Origin: the human T2T-CHM13v2.0 reference genome, Homo sapiens
Direction: 5' to 3' (one strand)
Length of the DNA stretch: 64,000 bases
Assembly: GCF_009914755.1 (NCBI RefSeq)
Contig: NC_060926.1
Made by a program: the position numbers and the translations under genes. This document shows, piece after piece, positions 41,895-57,120 of this stretch. The notes under the pieces were generated by a model that was not told where the DNA came from, did no database searches, and saw only the letters and a program-made list of their open reading frames with translations. Positions within the stretch are counted from its first letter, which is position 1; each line of letters begins with the position of its first letter.

Positions 41895-41978
41895 TAATCC
41901 ATGACAAATTGCCTCTCCAAGAAAGTGAAGAAGAAGAGAGGGAGGAGAGGTCTGGCCTCCAACTAAGTCTTGAACAAG
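41895..41978 (+). CDS. SP100: SP100 exon 5 (VIHDKLPLQESEEEEREERSGLQLSLEQ; RxxL D-box-like R165-L168)
   Basis: acceptor ctcttcag|TA, donor AAG|gtaaaa; 84 nt, phase 1-1. Confidence 0.95.
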
Positions 41979-42266
41979 GTAAAAATGACAGAATAAAAGC
42001 TTTTTTCTAAGAGAGGTTAGGGATCCAAGGTTCTGAGTGGAGATTGTGAATCAGGGAAGACATATGGAAGGACTATGGAGAAGTCAAGGAGAGAGTTATA
42101 TGAGCTTCTAACCAGGTGCAGGGTCCTGGAGAAGTGGCCATGACAAGGCATAGTTGGCTCAATAACCATGAGGGAATCAGAACCAAGCGTGTCAGTAGGC
42201 CAGATTTACAGATGCCGACTACCTAGAAGTAATTGTAATTTAGAAAGGTCCCTGTAGGGGATCAGT

Positions 42267-43185
42267 GTGAAGTTGCAAAGGGTTAAGAACCACAGCCCGT
42301 GGCCCGTGGTCAACATCAAAGAGGAGACCCCTGGGGAAAGAAAGGCTCCTGTTTTACCTGTACTGTCATATTCACAACACTTCTGACACCAAACATGTCG
42401 GTGATCTCCCCACATCAGTCAGTTCTCCAATTCTCTGTAGATACCATCTGATATCTTATAATTTAATTGAATTCTGGCACTAATTGCCCAGACTTGGCAC
42501 GGACTCCGCAGGTTAAGGGCTCATTCCCATAAGAATGCCCCCCACTTCAGATGCCAGTTGCAAGTCTCAGGTTGTGGCCTGTGCCTGTAAATTGGAGGTT
42601 CCCGCAAGCCCTTCATTGGCTTTCATACTTTCCTAGTAGATCACACAGATCTCATGGAAATGTTGACTTATATTTGACATTTATTATAAAGGATACAACT
42701 CAAGAAGAGCCAAGTGGAAGAAATGCATAGGGCAAAGCGTGGGGAAGGGCACAGAGCTTCTGCCCTCTCTGGGACACGACTCTCCTGGCACTTCCATGTG
42801 TTTGCCAACCCAGAAGATTTCTGAACCCAGTCACTTAGGGTTCTTTATGGACATTCCATTATACAGCCTGGATTGATTAAATCATTGGCACCTGATTATT
42901 AAGTTAACCTCCATCCCTCCTCTCCCCTCCCTGGAGGTCAAGAGGTGGAGCTGAAAGTTCCACCCCTCTAATCTCATGTTCAGCTCCCCTGGCAACCACA
43001 CCCCAATCCTTAGGGGCTTTCCAAAAGTTACCTCATTAACATAAACCCAGGTGTGGTCGAAAAGGGGTTGTTATGAATAACAGAAAGTGCTCTTTTCACT
43101 TGTTATGACTTAAGATGTTTTAGGGTTTTAGGAGCTCTGGCCAGGAGCAGGGAATTAAGACTGAAATGTATATTTCTTATATCAC
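42267..43185 (-). mobile_element. MER21-like LTR
   Basis: 'acaacacttctgacaccaaa', 'ggttaagggctcattcccataagaatgccccccacttcagatgcc' match recalled MER21 consensus. Confidence 0.7.
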
Positions 43186-44163
43186 GGGAGAAACTTGGTG
43201 ATGGCAGAAGAGGGGACAAATTTAAATGTGAGGATGTTGTTCAAGAGCAGGAATATTCAAAGAGAAAGGCGGTCATGTAGAGAGACTCAGAAAGGAAGTG
43301 ATGCACATGGGAAGAGGATGTAAGTACCTAGAGGACAAAGGAAGGGAAATGAAACCGTGAAAAGGGGTAAAAGACAACAAAAATAACCTTGTCATTAACA
43401 GCTCACTTTGATTGAACATCTACTCTGTGGCGGTTGGTTTAATGCTCATGACAGCCATTGGAGATTAATATTACTTATATGCCTATTTTGCAGATAAGGT
43501 AACTGAAATCCAGAGATACCACAAATGGAGTTTACATAGGGTCAGATGAATAAGGAAAAACCCAGATGTTCTACCCCAGAGCCTGCATTCCTAACCCTGT
43601 GCTATCCAGGCAATCTAAAAAAATAAAAACAGAAAAATGAAACAAAAATGAGGAAATATTTGCAGACAAAAAGATCCAGAAAAAAAGAATACCAAGAGCT
43701 GGAGGAAGTAGAGGCTACTCAGACACTGAGTCCTCATGGAAAAGCCAATGAGAAAGCATGAACAGATGTGGAGAGGGAGGGTGTTGTGTGAAAGGGGGTG
43801 GGCATGAGGCAACCAGGACTTCAAAGAAACTGAGCTAAGGGCCCTGGGCAGGGTAGCTCTGGGGACAAAGGCAGGATCACTCTGCCATCATCACTTACCA
43901 GAGTGTCTCACAGAGGACACGCAGCAGAGTTGTCTGGCCAAGGCCCCTGTCATCCAGGGGTGCAGCTGACCCAGTCCCCTACTCTCAAGGCTGGAGTCTG
44001 ACTTCAGTAATTAGGTAGCATCTGCCAGCTCCAGGTGGCCTTTGCATTGAGACCTAGAAGGGGTCTTTAACTCCTACGTTACAGAGACCAAAAAGGGATT
44101 AGGGGAGAATGGCAAAATCCATACCTCGATTTCTGAAATAAACTTCTAATTTCTTCCTGCCAG

Positions 44164-44226
44164 GAACTGGTGAAAACTCTTTTCGAAGCCTGACTTGGCC
44201 ACCTTCGGGTTCCCCATCTCATGCTG
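44164..44226 (+). CDS. SP100: SP100 exon 6 (GTGENSFRSLTWPPSGSPSHA)
   Basis: acceptor ttcttcctgccag|GA, donor CTG|gtttgt; 63 nt. Confidence 0.93.
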
Positions 44227-44636
44227 GTTTGTTCCTGTTTACTACTCTTTGAGCCTCTGCTATTCTTGCCCCTTTCTGGAATGTGCTGTGGGGTTGCCTC
44301 TTTGTGTTAATGATTGTCCAGAATTTTCAGGTTTTACATCTACAGTTTTTCCATTTCTGGGATTTAAATAACAAGTCCTTATCCTCTAGGTTGCCTAGGA
44401 GGGTTTCTTCCTCCCACACCCCTTAATCACACTTGCTGCTGGTTCCTGCTGCCGCTGAGCCTGGTCGTTTTACCCATGTGCCTGCTTCACCATTTTCTGC
44501 CTGCATCTGCTTGAATCTGGCTGTTGCCTTGGTGCCTTGACCTTACGTCCATCAGTGGCCCGTGCTGTAGTGGTTGGAGGGGAGTGACAGGCAGCAGAGG
44601 GCAAATAAAATACCTGTGAATCAAACCATGGTTTAG

Positions 44637-44786
44637 GTACAACCCCACCTGAAAATGGACTCTCAGAGCACCCCTGTGAAACAGAACAGATAAATGCAAA
44701 GAGAAAAGATACAACCAGTGACAAAGATGATTCGCTAGGAAGCCAACAAACAAATGAACAATGTGCTCAAAAGGCTGAGCCAACAG
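44637..44786 (+). CDS. SP100: SP100 exon 7 (GTTPPENGLSEHPCETEQ...CAQKAEPT)
   Basis: acceptor ggtttag|GT, donor CAG|gtaaga; 150 nt; open frame. Confidence 0.93.
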
Positions 44787-45247
44787 GTAAGACTGACTGG
44801 GTTGGCATGAATGGGGAGGAGCCAAGGGGCCCTGGCTGGTGGCAGAGGAAGAGTCTAATGCACAATACAAGGAGACACCTGTTTAACAAGCAGGGGAAAA
44901 TCACATAGACACAGAGGGGGCCTGTTATACAGATGAGCCTGATACACTGACATACTGATGACAAAGACCTGGAGGAAGAAAGCTAGAAGCAAAAAACTGA
45001 GAGAGAAAGGGGAAGAGTTGCAGAGTCTCACCAAAGAAGAGAGACAAACAAAAGGCAAAAGGAGAAAGTAAGAGAGAGATTGGACAGGAATCAATGAAGC
45101 ACGAACACCTTCACGCAGCAATATATGCAGACAGGGGTATAAGTAGAAACAGGAGAAGAAAGGAGAAGCAGGGTGAGGTCTAACCAAATGGAAACAGGAC
45201 AGAGCAAGGCTCTACTGGATCTCAGCTGTGATCTCGTTTATCTCCAG

Positions 45248-45331
45248 AGTCCTGCGAACAAATTGCTGTCCAAGTGAATAATGGGGATGCTGGAAGGGAG
45301 ATGCCCTGCCCGTTGCCCTGTGATGAAGAAA
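45248..45331 (+). CDS. SP100: SP100 exon 8 (ESCEQIAVQVNNGDAGREMPCPLPCDEE)
   Basis: acceptor tatctccag|AG, donor AAA|gtaatt; 84 nt. Confidence 0.93.
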
Positions 45332-46046
45332 GTAATTATTGCTTACCTTGCCTATTTTCTTTCCTTTCTTATTCAGATGCTATACATTTGGTTGGTTGGT
45401 TGGTTGGTTGTTGTTTTACCATCGTAACCACTTTTTAAAATTACCAGATTAAAAGCTGGATGTATTTATCATTACATGTTGTTTTGAAATATGTACACAT
45501 TGTGAAAAGGCTAATTAGAGCTAATTAGCATAAATATTACCTCACGTACTTATCATTTTTGTGGTGATAACACAAAACCTATTCTCTCAGTAATTTTTAA
45601 GAATACATTATTAACTATATTAATCGTGTTGTATAAAAGATCTCTTAATGTATTTCTCTTATTTAACTAAAATTTTGTATCCTTTGACCAACATCTCCCC
45701 AGTCCTCTTCCTCATATCCCCAGCCTCTGTTACCACCATATACTCTCAACTTCTATAAATTCATCTTTTTTACACTCTACATATAAGTGAGATGTCATAT
45801 ATGTCTTTCCATGCCTGTCTTATTTTACATAACATAATATCCTCCAGGTTCATGGTTGTTGTTGCAAATAACAGGATTTCTTCCTTTTCAAAGGCTAGAT
45901 AGTATTTCAGTGTGTAGATGTATTTCATTGTGTATATATTTTCTTTATCCATTCACCCACTGATGGGTACTTAGGTTGTTTCTGTATCTTGGCTATTGTG
46001 AATACTGCTGCAATGAACATGGGAGAGCAGATATCTCTTCCATATA

Positions 46047-46198
46047 CAGATGGTCCCTGATTTATGATGGTTAGACATATGATTTTCAACTTTACAATGG
46101 GTTTATTGAAGTATTAAATGCATTTTTGACTTATGATGTGTTCAATTTATGGTAGGTTTATGGAAATGTAGTCCCATCGTAACTCTAGGAGCATCTGT
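46047..46198. mobile_element. MER47/Tigger5-like MITE
   Basis: TA-flanked TIRs CAGATGGTCC...GGAGCATCTG. Confidence 0.7.
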
Positions 46199-47255
46199 AC
46201 TGATTTCATATCCTTCGAATATATATTCAGTAGCGAAATTCATGGATTGTATGGGTAGTTCTACTTTTTATTTATTTGAGGACACTCCATACTGTTTTTC
46301 TTAGTGATTGTAGCAATTTACATTCCCACCAACAGTGTACAAAGGTTCCCTTTTCTGCACATCCTCACCAACATTTGTTATCTTTAGTCTTTTTGATAAT
46401 AACCATTCTAACCAGTATGTGGTGATGTTCATTGTGGTTTTAGTTTGCATTTTCTTGATGATATCCGAGGCAGGGCATTTTTTCACATACCTGTTAGCCA
46501 TTTGCATGTGTTCCCTTAAGAAATGTTTATTCAGGTCCTTTGCCCATTTAAAAATCTGTTTGTTTGTTTGTTTGTATTTAATATTGAGTTGTTTGAGCTC
46601 CTTATGTATTTTGGATAATAATCCTTATCAGACACATGGTTTGCAAATATTTTTTCCCATTCTGTAGGTTGTCTCTTCACTCTGTTGATTGTTTCCTTGC
46701 CTATGCAGAAGCTTTTTAGTTTGATGTAATCCCAGTTCTTTTTGCTTTTGTGATTGTGCTTCTGGTGTTATACCCAAAAAATATTTGCTCAGACCAATGT
46801 CGTGAAGCTTTTCCTCTATATTTTCTTCTAGTAGTTTTACAACCTTGGGTATTAAATTTCAGTATTTAGTCCATTTTGAGTTAATTTTTTAATATGGCAT
46901 GAGATGGGGTCAAATTTCATTCTTCTGCATGTGGATATCCAGTTGTCCCAACACCATTTATTAAAGAGATAGATATCCTTTACCCATTGCATATTCTTGG
47001 CACCTTTGTTGAAAATCAATTGACCATAAATGCATGGATCCAAGCTCTCTATTTTGTTCCATTTTTCTACATGTCTATTTTATGCAAGCACCATGCTCTT
47101 TTGATTAACATAGCTTTGCTGTATATATTGAATCAGGTAGTGTGATGCTTTCAGCTTTGTTCTTTTTGTTTAAAATTCCTTTGGCTAGTTGGAGTCTTTT
47201 GTGCCTCCACACAAATTTTTAAATTGTTTTTCTATTTCTCAAAAATGCCATTTGA

Positions 47256-47551
<296 letters not shown>

Positions 47552-48080
47552 GCCATTGGAATTTTTATAGGTATTGCACTGAATCTTTAGAGGACTTCGA
47601 GTTGTCTGGACATTTTAACAATATTAATTCCTCCAATCCATGAACATGGGGTATCTTTTCATTTCTTTCTTCTTCAGTTTCTTTCATCAATGCCTTAGCA
47701 TTTTCAGTGTGTGCATATTTCACCTCCTTAGTTAAATTTATTCTTAAGTATTTTGTTGCAGTTATTGTAAATTGGATTGTTTTCTTGATATGTTTTTCAG
47801 AGAGTTTATTGTTAGTGCATAGAAATGCAACTGATTTTTGTATGTTGCGTTTGTATCCTGCCACTTTACTGAATTTGTTTATTAGTTCTAGCAGTTTTTT
47901 TTTTTTTTTTTTTGGTGGAGTCTTCGGGATTTTGTATATATAAGATCAGGTCATCTGCAAATAAGGACAATTTAAAACTTCTTCCTTTCCAATTTGAATG
48001 CCTTTTATTTCTTTTGCCTGCCTAATTGTTCTGGCTAGGACTTGCAGTAACATGTTGAATAGAAGTGAGAATGGGCAATC

Positions 48081-48448
48081 TGTATTGGTCCATCCTCACA
48101 CTGCTAATAAAAGACTGGATAATTTATAAAGGAAAGGGGTTTAATTGACTCAAGAGTTCAGCATGGCTGGAGAGGCCTCAGGAAACTTACGATCATGGCA
48201 GAAAAGGGGAAGCAAACACGTCCTTCTTTACATGGCAGCAGCAAGGAGAAGTACAGTGCAAAGGGGGGACAAGTTCCTTATAAAACCATCAGATCTTGTG
48301 AGAACTCACTCACTGTTGTGAGAACAGCATTGAGGTAACTGCCCCCATGACTCAATTACCTCCCACTAAGTCCTTCCCATGACATGTGGGGGTTATGGGA
48401 ACTACAATTCAAGATGAGTTTGGGTGGGGACACAGCAAGACCATATCA
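48081..48448 (-). mobile_element. THE1-like MaLR solo LTR
   Basis: tgtattggtcc...gacacagcaagaccatatca. Confidence 0.85.
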
Positions 48449-50119
48449 GCATCCTACTCTTGTTTCTAACCTTAGAGGGAAATCTTTCAGTTTTTTGTCA
48501 TTAAGTATGGTACTAGCTGTGGGCTTGTCATGTATGGCCACTATTGTCCTGAGATACATTTCTTCTATATCTATTTTGCTGAGAGTTTTTATCATGAAAA
48601 AATGTTGAATTTTGTCAAATGCTTTTCCTACATCTATTGAGATGATCATATGGTTTTTGTCCTTCATTCTATTAATGTGGTGTATGACCCTTTAGATATG
48701 TATATGTTAAACCATTCTTGCATCCCAGTGATAAATCTTATTTGATCATGGTGTTTAATGTGCTACTGAATTTGATAGTATTTTATTGAGGATTTTTCAT
48801 ATACGTTTATCAAGGATAGTGGCCTATAATTTTCTTTTCTTGTAGTGTTCATGTCTAGCTTTGGTATCAGGGTAATGCTGGCTTCATAAAATGAGTTTGG
48901 AAGTAGTCCCTCTTATTCAATTTTTAAGAAGAGTTTGAAAAAGATTGCTATTTGTTCCTTAAATATTTGGTAGAATTCAACAGTGAAACCATCTGGTCCT
49001 GAACTTTTGTTTGGTGGGTGGTATTTTATTATGGATTAAATCTTACTCATTATTGGTCTGTTCAGATTTTCCTGTTTCTTTGTTATTCAGTCTTGGTAGG
49101 CTGTGTGTGTTTAGGAATTTATCCATTTCTTCTAGGTTATCCAATTTGTTGGCATTAAATTGTTTATAGCAGTGTCTTATGATTCTTTGTATATATGTGG
49201 TATGAGAAAGGTAGTGTCTCCTCTTTCATTTCTGATTTTATTCATTTGAGTGTTTTCTCTTTTTTCTTAGTCTAGCTAAAGCTTTCTCAATTTTGTTTAT
49301 TTTTTCAAAAAGCCAGTGCTTTGTTTTGTTGATCTCATTTTTTTCTAGTTTTGAACTCATTTATTTCTGATCTGATATTTATTGTTTCCTTCTTTCTGCT
49401 AATTTTTGCCTTAGTTTTTCTTCTTTGTCTGGTTTCTTGAGGTGTAACATTAGGTTGTTTGAGATCTTTCTTCTTTCTTTATGTATTCTTGTGTTTATTG
49501 CTATAAACTTCCCCTCTTGTAACTGCTTTTGCTATATCCCATAAGTTTTGATATGTTACATTTCTATCTTCATTTGTCTCAAGATTTAAAAAATTTTTTC
49601 CCTTTAATTTCTTCATTGACCCATTGGTTATTTGGGAGTGTACTTAATTTCCATGTATTTGCAAATTTTTCAAAATTCCTCGTTATTGATTTCTAATTTC
49701 ATATCATTGTGGTCAGAAAGTATATCTGATATAACTTCAGCCTTCTTTACTTTGTTAAAACTTGTTTTGTAGCCTAACATATGATGTATCCTGTAGAATG
49801 TCTCATGTACAATTGAGAAGAATGGTACTTTTCTGCTTGTAGATAAAATATTCTATATATGCCTTTTAGGTCCTCTTGGTCTAAAGTATAGTTTAAGTTT
49901 GATGTGTTCTTATTGATTTTCTCCCTGGACAATCTGTCCACTGCTGAAGGTAGGGTGTTGAAGTCCCCTAGTATTATTGTATTAGTCTCTCTTTCCTTCA
50001 GATCTATTAATATTTGTTTTATATATTTAGTTGCTCAAATATTGGGTGCATATGTTTACAATTGTTATATCATCTTGATAAGTTGACTCCTTCATCATTA
50101 CATAATGACCTTCTTATTT

Positions 50120-50438
50120 TCTTTCTTTCTTTTTGTTTCTTTTGTTTTTTGTTTTAGTTTTTGTTTTGGAGACAGGGTCTTGCTCTGTCACCCAGACTGG
50201 AGTGCACTAGTGCAATCATGGCTCGCTGCAGCCTCAACCTCCTGGGCTCAGGCAATCCCCCCAAGTAGCTGAGATGACAGGCATGTACCATCACATCTGA
50301 CTAATTTTTTTTAGTTATTTATAGAGACAGGATTGCCTTATGTTGCCCAGGCAGGTCTCAAACTTCTGGGCTCAAGCAATACTTTCACCTCAGCCTCCCA
50401 AAGTGTTGGGATTACAGATGTAAGCCACCATGCCTGGT
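50120..50438 (-). mobile_element. Alu (AluJ-like)
   Basis: antisense Alu. Confidence 0.85.
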
Positions 50439-53158
50439 TTTATCATGACCTTTTTTGCCTTGTTTTATATTATTTGATTCAAACTGTATCTCATCTGACG
50501 TAAGTACACCTGTGCTTTCTTTCTTTCATTTCCATTTGCATGAAATATCTTTTTCTATCTTTTCACTTTCAGTCTATGTGTTTCCTTAAAAGTGAAGTGA
50601 GTGTCTTGCAAGCCACATATACTTGGTTCATGATTTTTAAATTCATTCAGCCACTCTATGTCTTTTGATTGGAGAATTTAATTTATTTACACTTAATATA
50701 ATTACTGATAGGTAAGTACTTTCTAAAACCATTTTGTTTATTGTTTTCTGGTTGTCTGTAGATTCTTTATTCCTTTCTTTCTCTCTTACTGTCTTCCTTT
50801 GTGATTAGGTGATTTTCTCTAGTGATACACTTTGATTCCTCTTTATCTTTTGTGTAATCACTGTAAGTTTTTGCTTTGTGGTTAACATGAAGTTTACACA
50901 AAACATCTTATAACAGGCTATTTTAAGCTGATAACAACTTAATTTTGATTGCCTACAAAAACTGCACTTTTACTTTGCTCCCTCATTTAAAATGTTTGAT
51001 GTCAGAGTTTACAAGTTTTATATAGTGTATACTCTAAAAAATTATTGTAGCTACTATTTTTTGACTATATATTTACTTTACCAGTTAGTTTTATACTTTC
51101 TTATATTTTTATATTATTAGTTAGCATTTACTTCTTTCAGCTTGAGCATTTCTTGTAAGACAGGTCTGGTGGTAATGAATGTATTCATCTTTTGTTTTCC
51201 CGGGACGGTCTTTATCTCTCCTTTATTTCTGAAAGACAGCTTTGCCAAGAAAAGTATTCTTGGTTGTCAGGTTTCTTTTTCTTCCTTTGGCACTTTGAAT
51301 GTTTCATCTCATTCTCTCCTTATCTGTAAGGTTTGTGCTAAAAAGTCCACTGTTGTCCTTATTAAAACTCCCTCATATGTTAGTTGCTTCTTTTCTTTTG
51401 TTGCTTTCAGGATTCTCTCTTTGTCCTTGAATCTTGACAGCTTGATTATAGTATGTTTTGGTGTAGTCGTGTTTGCACTGAATCTGATTGGAGACCATTG
51501 ACCTTCTTGTACCTGGAAATTTATGTCTTTCACCAGATTGGCAAAGCTTTATACTATTATCTCTTTAAATTAACTTTCTACTTTTGTCTTTCTCTTCCCT
51601 TTTATGAATTCCTGTGATTCAAATATTTGCTCTTTTGGTGTGTTTCATAAATCCTGTAAGCTTTCTTCATGACTTTTCATTCTCTTTTCTTTTTCTTCTC
51701 TGATTGTATTTCAAATAACCTGTCTTTGAGTTCATATTCTTTCTTCTGCATGATCAATTCTGCTGTTGATGCTCTCTGATGCCTTTTTAAATTTCATTCA
51801 TTGTATTTTTCAGCTCCAGAATTTGTTTGATTTTTTAAATAATTTCAATATCTCTGTTAAACTTTCTCATTTTGGTCATTTATTGTCTCCCTAATTTTAG
51901 TGAATTGTTTCCTATATTTTCTTAAGGTTTGCTGAGATTCCTTAAAACAATTATTTTGAATTCTGCATAAGGCAGTTTGTTATCTCCATTACTTTGGGGT
52001 CTGCTATGGGGAGATTATTGTGTTCTTTTGGTCATGTTGTGTCTCTTTGGTTTTTATGTTTCTTGTTGCCTTACATTTATGTCTGTACATTTGAGAAAGT
52101 AGAAACTATTCTAGTCTTTGCAGGCTGACTTTGTCTGGGAAAGCCTTTCACCCTATTTAAAGATTCTAAGATGGCCATCTGGCATGGTACAAGGGCAGGC
52201 TTGCTGCTAGAGTCCTCAAGCAGGCTAGTCTGGTGCCTAGGACAACCAGTGGGCAGGTCTGTGCTGGGGGAAACCTTGAGCCAGAATCTGCAGGGCTCTA
52301 CACCACTGATGCAGGCTTCTTCAGGCACTTCAGTAGGCATGAAGCCCAGTGCTATTGAAGCCAGCTTGCTGCTAGGATGGGCCTCAAGCCCAGTGCCACT
52401 TGGTCCAGTTTGGCACTCGGTCTGGTCTGGATCATGGGTTCACTGAGGCTGAAATAGTGCTGTAGGAGGCTGAAGACTGAGTTCGCAGGGCTGGCCTGAG
52501 TCCTGGGGCTGCAGGATTTAGGTTGGGGTCAGAGTGAGCTTGGAGGTTCAGACCATGGGTACTGGCTAGAGTCTGGGGCTTTGGGAGCTGGGTTTTACTG
52601 AAGTCGGTTCTGTGGTTTGGGTGTAAGGCAAAGTCTGGTGCTCACTTCCTTCTCCTTTCCCCAAGCATATTGTATCTTGCTCAATGCTGTGCTTCCTGGA
52701 GTTGGGGAAGATGACACAGTGAAACTTTTCTTCCTGCCCTTTTCAATGTGCTCTTTCTTATTTCTGTGTTTCACTCAGGTGCTGTGATCTTTCATCTGGT
52801 TTCCTCAGCTCTTGCAAAGGTATTTTCATGCATAGGTCGTTGTTCACATCAGTGTTTCTGCAGGGGATGGAGGGCTGGAGAGTCCTATTCTCCCATCTTG
52901 CTCTACTTCTCCCCAATTTTCTAATTATATCTTTATTTTTCTATAAGGGCAAAACTTCCCTTTGTTTTCTCATACTAACTGCCTACACTCATCCAAGACA
53001 CACAGACTTTGTTCACAGCCTCTGGCTGCTTTTAACAGGTATGAGATGGAAGGGAAAAAGAGAGTGAGTCTTTTTAACAGAGGGACTGTCCCTGGTTAGA
53101 GAATGCAAGAAGAAAGAATACAAAAGAGGTCAACTAGGGAATATTAAATAACAAAACA

Positions 53159-53581
53159 CAGTTGACCCCTGGACACTGTGGGAGGTTAGGGGTACCAATG
53201 CCCCATGCAGTCAAACATTTGCACATAACTTTTACATTCCCCAAAACTTAACAACTGCTGTTGACCAGAAGCCTTACTGATAACATAAACAGATGATAAC
53301 ACATATTTTCCATACGTATTATGTGCTGTATTCTCACAATGAAGTAAGATCTCCAAAGGAAAATGTTATTAATACAATCATAAGGAAGAGAAAATATATT
53401 TACTATTCATTAAGTGGCAATAGGTAATCATAAAGACCTTCATCCTCATCATTGAGTAGTTTGAGAAGGAGGAAGGAGAGGAGGGGTTGGCCTTGCTGTC
53501 TGAGGGGTGGCAGAGGTGGAAGAAAATCTGCATACAAGTGGACTCATGTAGTTCAAGCCCCTGTTGTTGAAGGGTCAACTG
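53159..53581. mobile_element. Tigger2a-like DNA transposon relic
   Basis: TIRs CAGTTGACCC / GGGTCAACTG. Confidence 0.8.
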
Positions 53582-55666
53582 TGTATGAGTGAGACAGATT
53601 TTAGATAAAGTGACATGGTATCCATACATTGTCATGTTGTGGAGTTGTTGAATAGAAATATGTTGCAAGTTACTTTTCAGAAGTTATCATGAAAACGTAG
53701 AAATTATGCATGATGCTGCTTGTCAGATTTGCAAAGGAAGGAAGCCCAGGTGAAAGACCTTCAGGAAGGAATGGCAAGTGGAGGGCCTCTGGTGTGGTAG
53801 ACAATGGCACTGGAAGAGACCTTTCGTAATGATGGGAATGTTTGAGATGAGGAAGATATAGAAAGACAAAAAGTGATATAGCACTCACACATCAGATGCG
53901 AAAGTATTTTTGAAAAAAAAGTGACATAGAAGAAGCTTGCAGAGGTAACGTTAATAATTAAGAAATAAGGGCCGACTCAAAGCAGGTAGGAAATGTAACA
54001 GAGATGCAACATTACATATGGGACAACAGGCCTGGCACGAGGTGAGGCAGGGAGGCCCCCAGGGCACAGCATGTAAGGAGACCTCACTTGGCATGTGAGA
54101 CTGAGCTTCCTTAAATTTCAAGGCACCCCATAGCACCACCTTCACCTCACCCTGGTTCTGTCTCTAAGAGACAATAATTTTTAAAAAGTGTAGATAAAAA
54201 GACTATGAATAGAAAAAACATAGAGGGAAATAAATACCAAGAAATAGGAAAAATGGAGGGAGGCACAAAGAGAAGTATGCAGAAAATGAGTTAAAGGACA
54301 ATGAATGAAAAATTGGTAGAGAGTGGATCATGCAAAGAAGGGAAGAGAGAAGACAAATCAAGACATTCTCTGATCTGAGGAGATAAGAGCTAGAAAGGAG
54401 GCACAGGGTGTCCTATTACTATGGAGAAAGATCAGCTGCCCTCTTATCAAAATGGCCCCTGTGACTCCACCTCCACCCCCAGATTACAATAAGCCTCTCC
54501 TCAGGCATCACTTCCTCTCCATGGCTCAATCACCATCTAAGATCTGTTGATTTCTAAACATACATCTCCAGCTCAGACCTGTCCTGTTGACTCCCTTCCC
54601 CAATTGCCTGAAGACCTTTATTTAAAGACCTGAAGAACATCTCTCTTTGGAAGCTGCATCTGTCATCTATTGCTGTGTCATGTAACAAACTATCCTGAAA
54701 CTTAGTGGCTTAAAACAATCATCATTTCATTTGCCACTTGTGTCAATCCCAACTTTAAAATATCTCTAACTTGTCCATTTCTCTTCATCCCCAGCACGAA
54801 CACCCTAATCTAGACCCCTGTCACTCTCACTAAAATTAGAGGAACAGTCTCCTGTCTGGCCCCCAGTCTTGCTCCTCTCAAGTCTGCACTTCAGTTGAAT
54901 GGACTTTTCCAAAATAGAAACCAGTTGATATGACTTTCCTGTTTGAAACCCAGTGCCTTCGTGTGGCCCTTAGCAGTAGATCAACACTGCTTGGAGTGGT
55001 GAATTGAAGGATGTCTACCACGCACCTGCGCGTTCCCCGTCACCCACCTCTCGCCCTTTCATGCCACATTCCCACCACACTAAGCTTCCTTTACTTACTG
55101 GAATTTGCCAAGCTCTCTTTCTTTCATCTCTGCCTTTATATATGCTTTTGGGAAAACAGTTTGGGGTAATCTTCCAAAGGTGAAAATATACATACCCTAT
55201 AACCCAACAATTATATTCCTCAGCAGAAACCAACAGAAATGTGTGTTATGTCACCAAAACACATAGAAAAGAATGCTCAAGGCAGCATTATTCATAGAAG
55301 CCAAATGCTTGAAATTGTACAAATGAATAAATAATTCATGGCTTATTTCTATAATGGAATACTATCTAGTAGTGAAAATAATTATACAAAACGAATACAG
55401 ATGACTTTCACAAGCATGTTGAGTAAAATATCCATACAATTTTGGGGGATTTGGCTTCTTTTGGGAGATCTATATATATTGAGAGAGAGGTAAAGGGAGA
55501 AAGAAAGAGTGGAGAGAAAAGAGATTATTCCATTTTTATAAATTACACAACAAGCAAAATTAACCTTAGTGTTGGAAACCTCAATGGTAGTTGTCTTTGA
55601 GCAAGTTAGTGGAAACAGTTAATGGGAAGTGTCACCAGGAGGTGTCTGGGGTATTGGTAATCTGTT

Positions 55667-55999
<333 letters not shown>

Positions 56000-56338
56000 G
56001 GTAATCTGTTTCTTGATCAAAGTGATTTACTTCCTTCGTGATCATTCAAAACCCACTTTTATTCATGTGTCTTATACTGCAATTATAATTTTTATTTTTT
56101 TTAAAAAGCAAAATATTAACCATCAAAGAATGAGACGAGTAGGTAAAGGGAAAGGTAAAAAACAAAACAGAGCCAAGAGAGGCACAAAGGAAGGGACAGA
56201 GTTGAGCAAAAGGAAAAACACGGAGGTGGGGTGAAGGTCTAGCCCCAGCAGTGAAATTGCAGAGAGGGGGAGTTATTAATGATAGTGAAGGAGGTTCACT
56301 GGGGACACAAATGAAAATTCTTCATTTATTACAATTAG

Positions 56339-56491
56339 GCCCAGAGGCAGAGCTACACAACCATGGAATCCAAATTAATTCCTGTTCTGTGCGACTGGTG
56401 GATATAAAAAAGGAAAAGCCATTTTCTAATTCAAAAGTTGAGTGCCAAGCCCAAGCAAGAACTCATCATAACCAGGCATCTGACATAATAG
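56339..56491 (+). CDS. SP100: SP100 exon 9 (SPEAELHNHG...VRLVDIKKEKP...ASDII); SUMO consensus IKKE with K297 codon at 56407-56409; HP1-binding region
   Basis: acceptor acaattag|GC, donor TAG|gtaagg; 153 nt; inside ORF 56251..56517; residue count places K297 in IKKE. Confidence 0.96.
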
Positions 56492-56664
56492 GTAAGGCTG
56501 ACTGGGAGAGTTTGTAACTGTGAGTCACAGGTTACCAGGTAAGGGGCTCAGGGACTTCATCACGGACCATCGGGGCAGTGCAGGTAGCCTGGGATGGAGG
56601 CAGGAAGGGAAAGGGGCTGGCACCTGATGCAGTGAGTCTTCAGCTTGACAGAAGAAAGTCCTTA

Positions 56665-57120
<456 letters not shown>

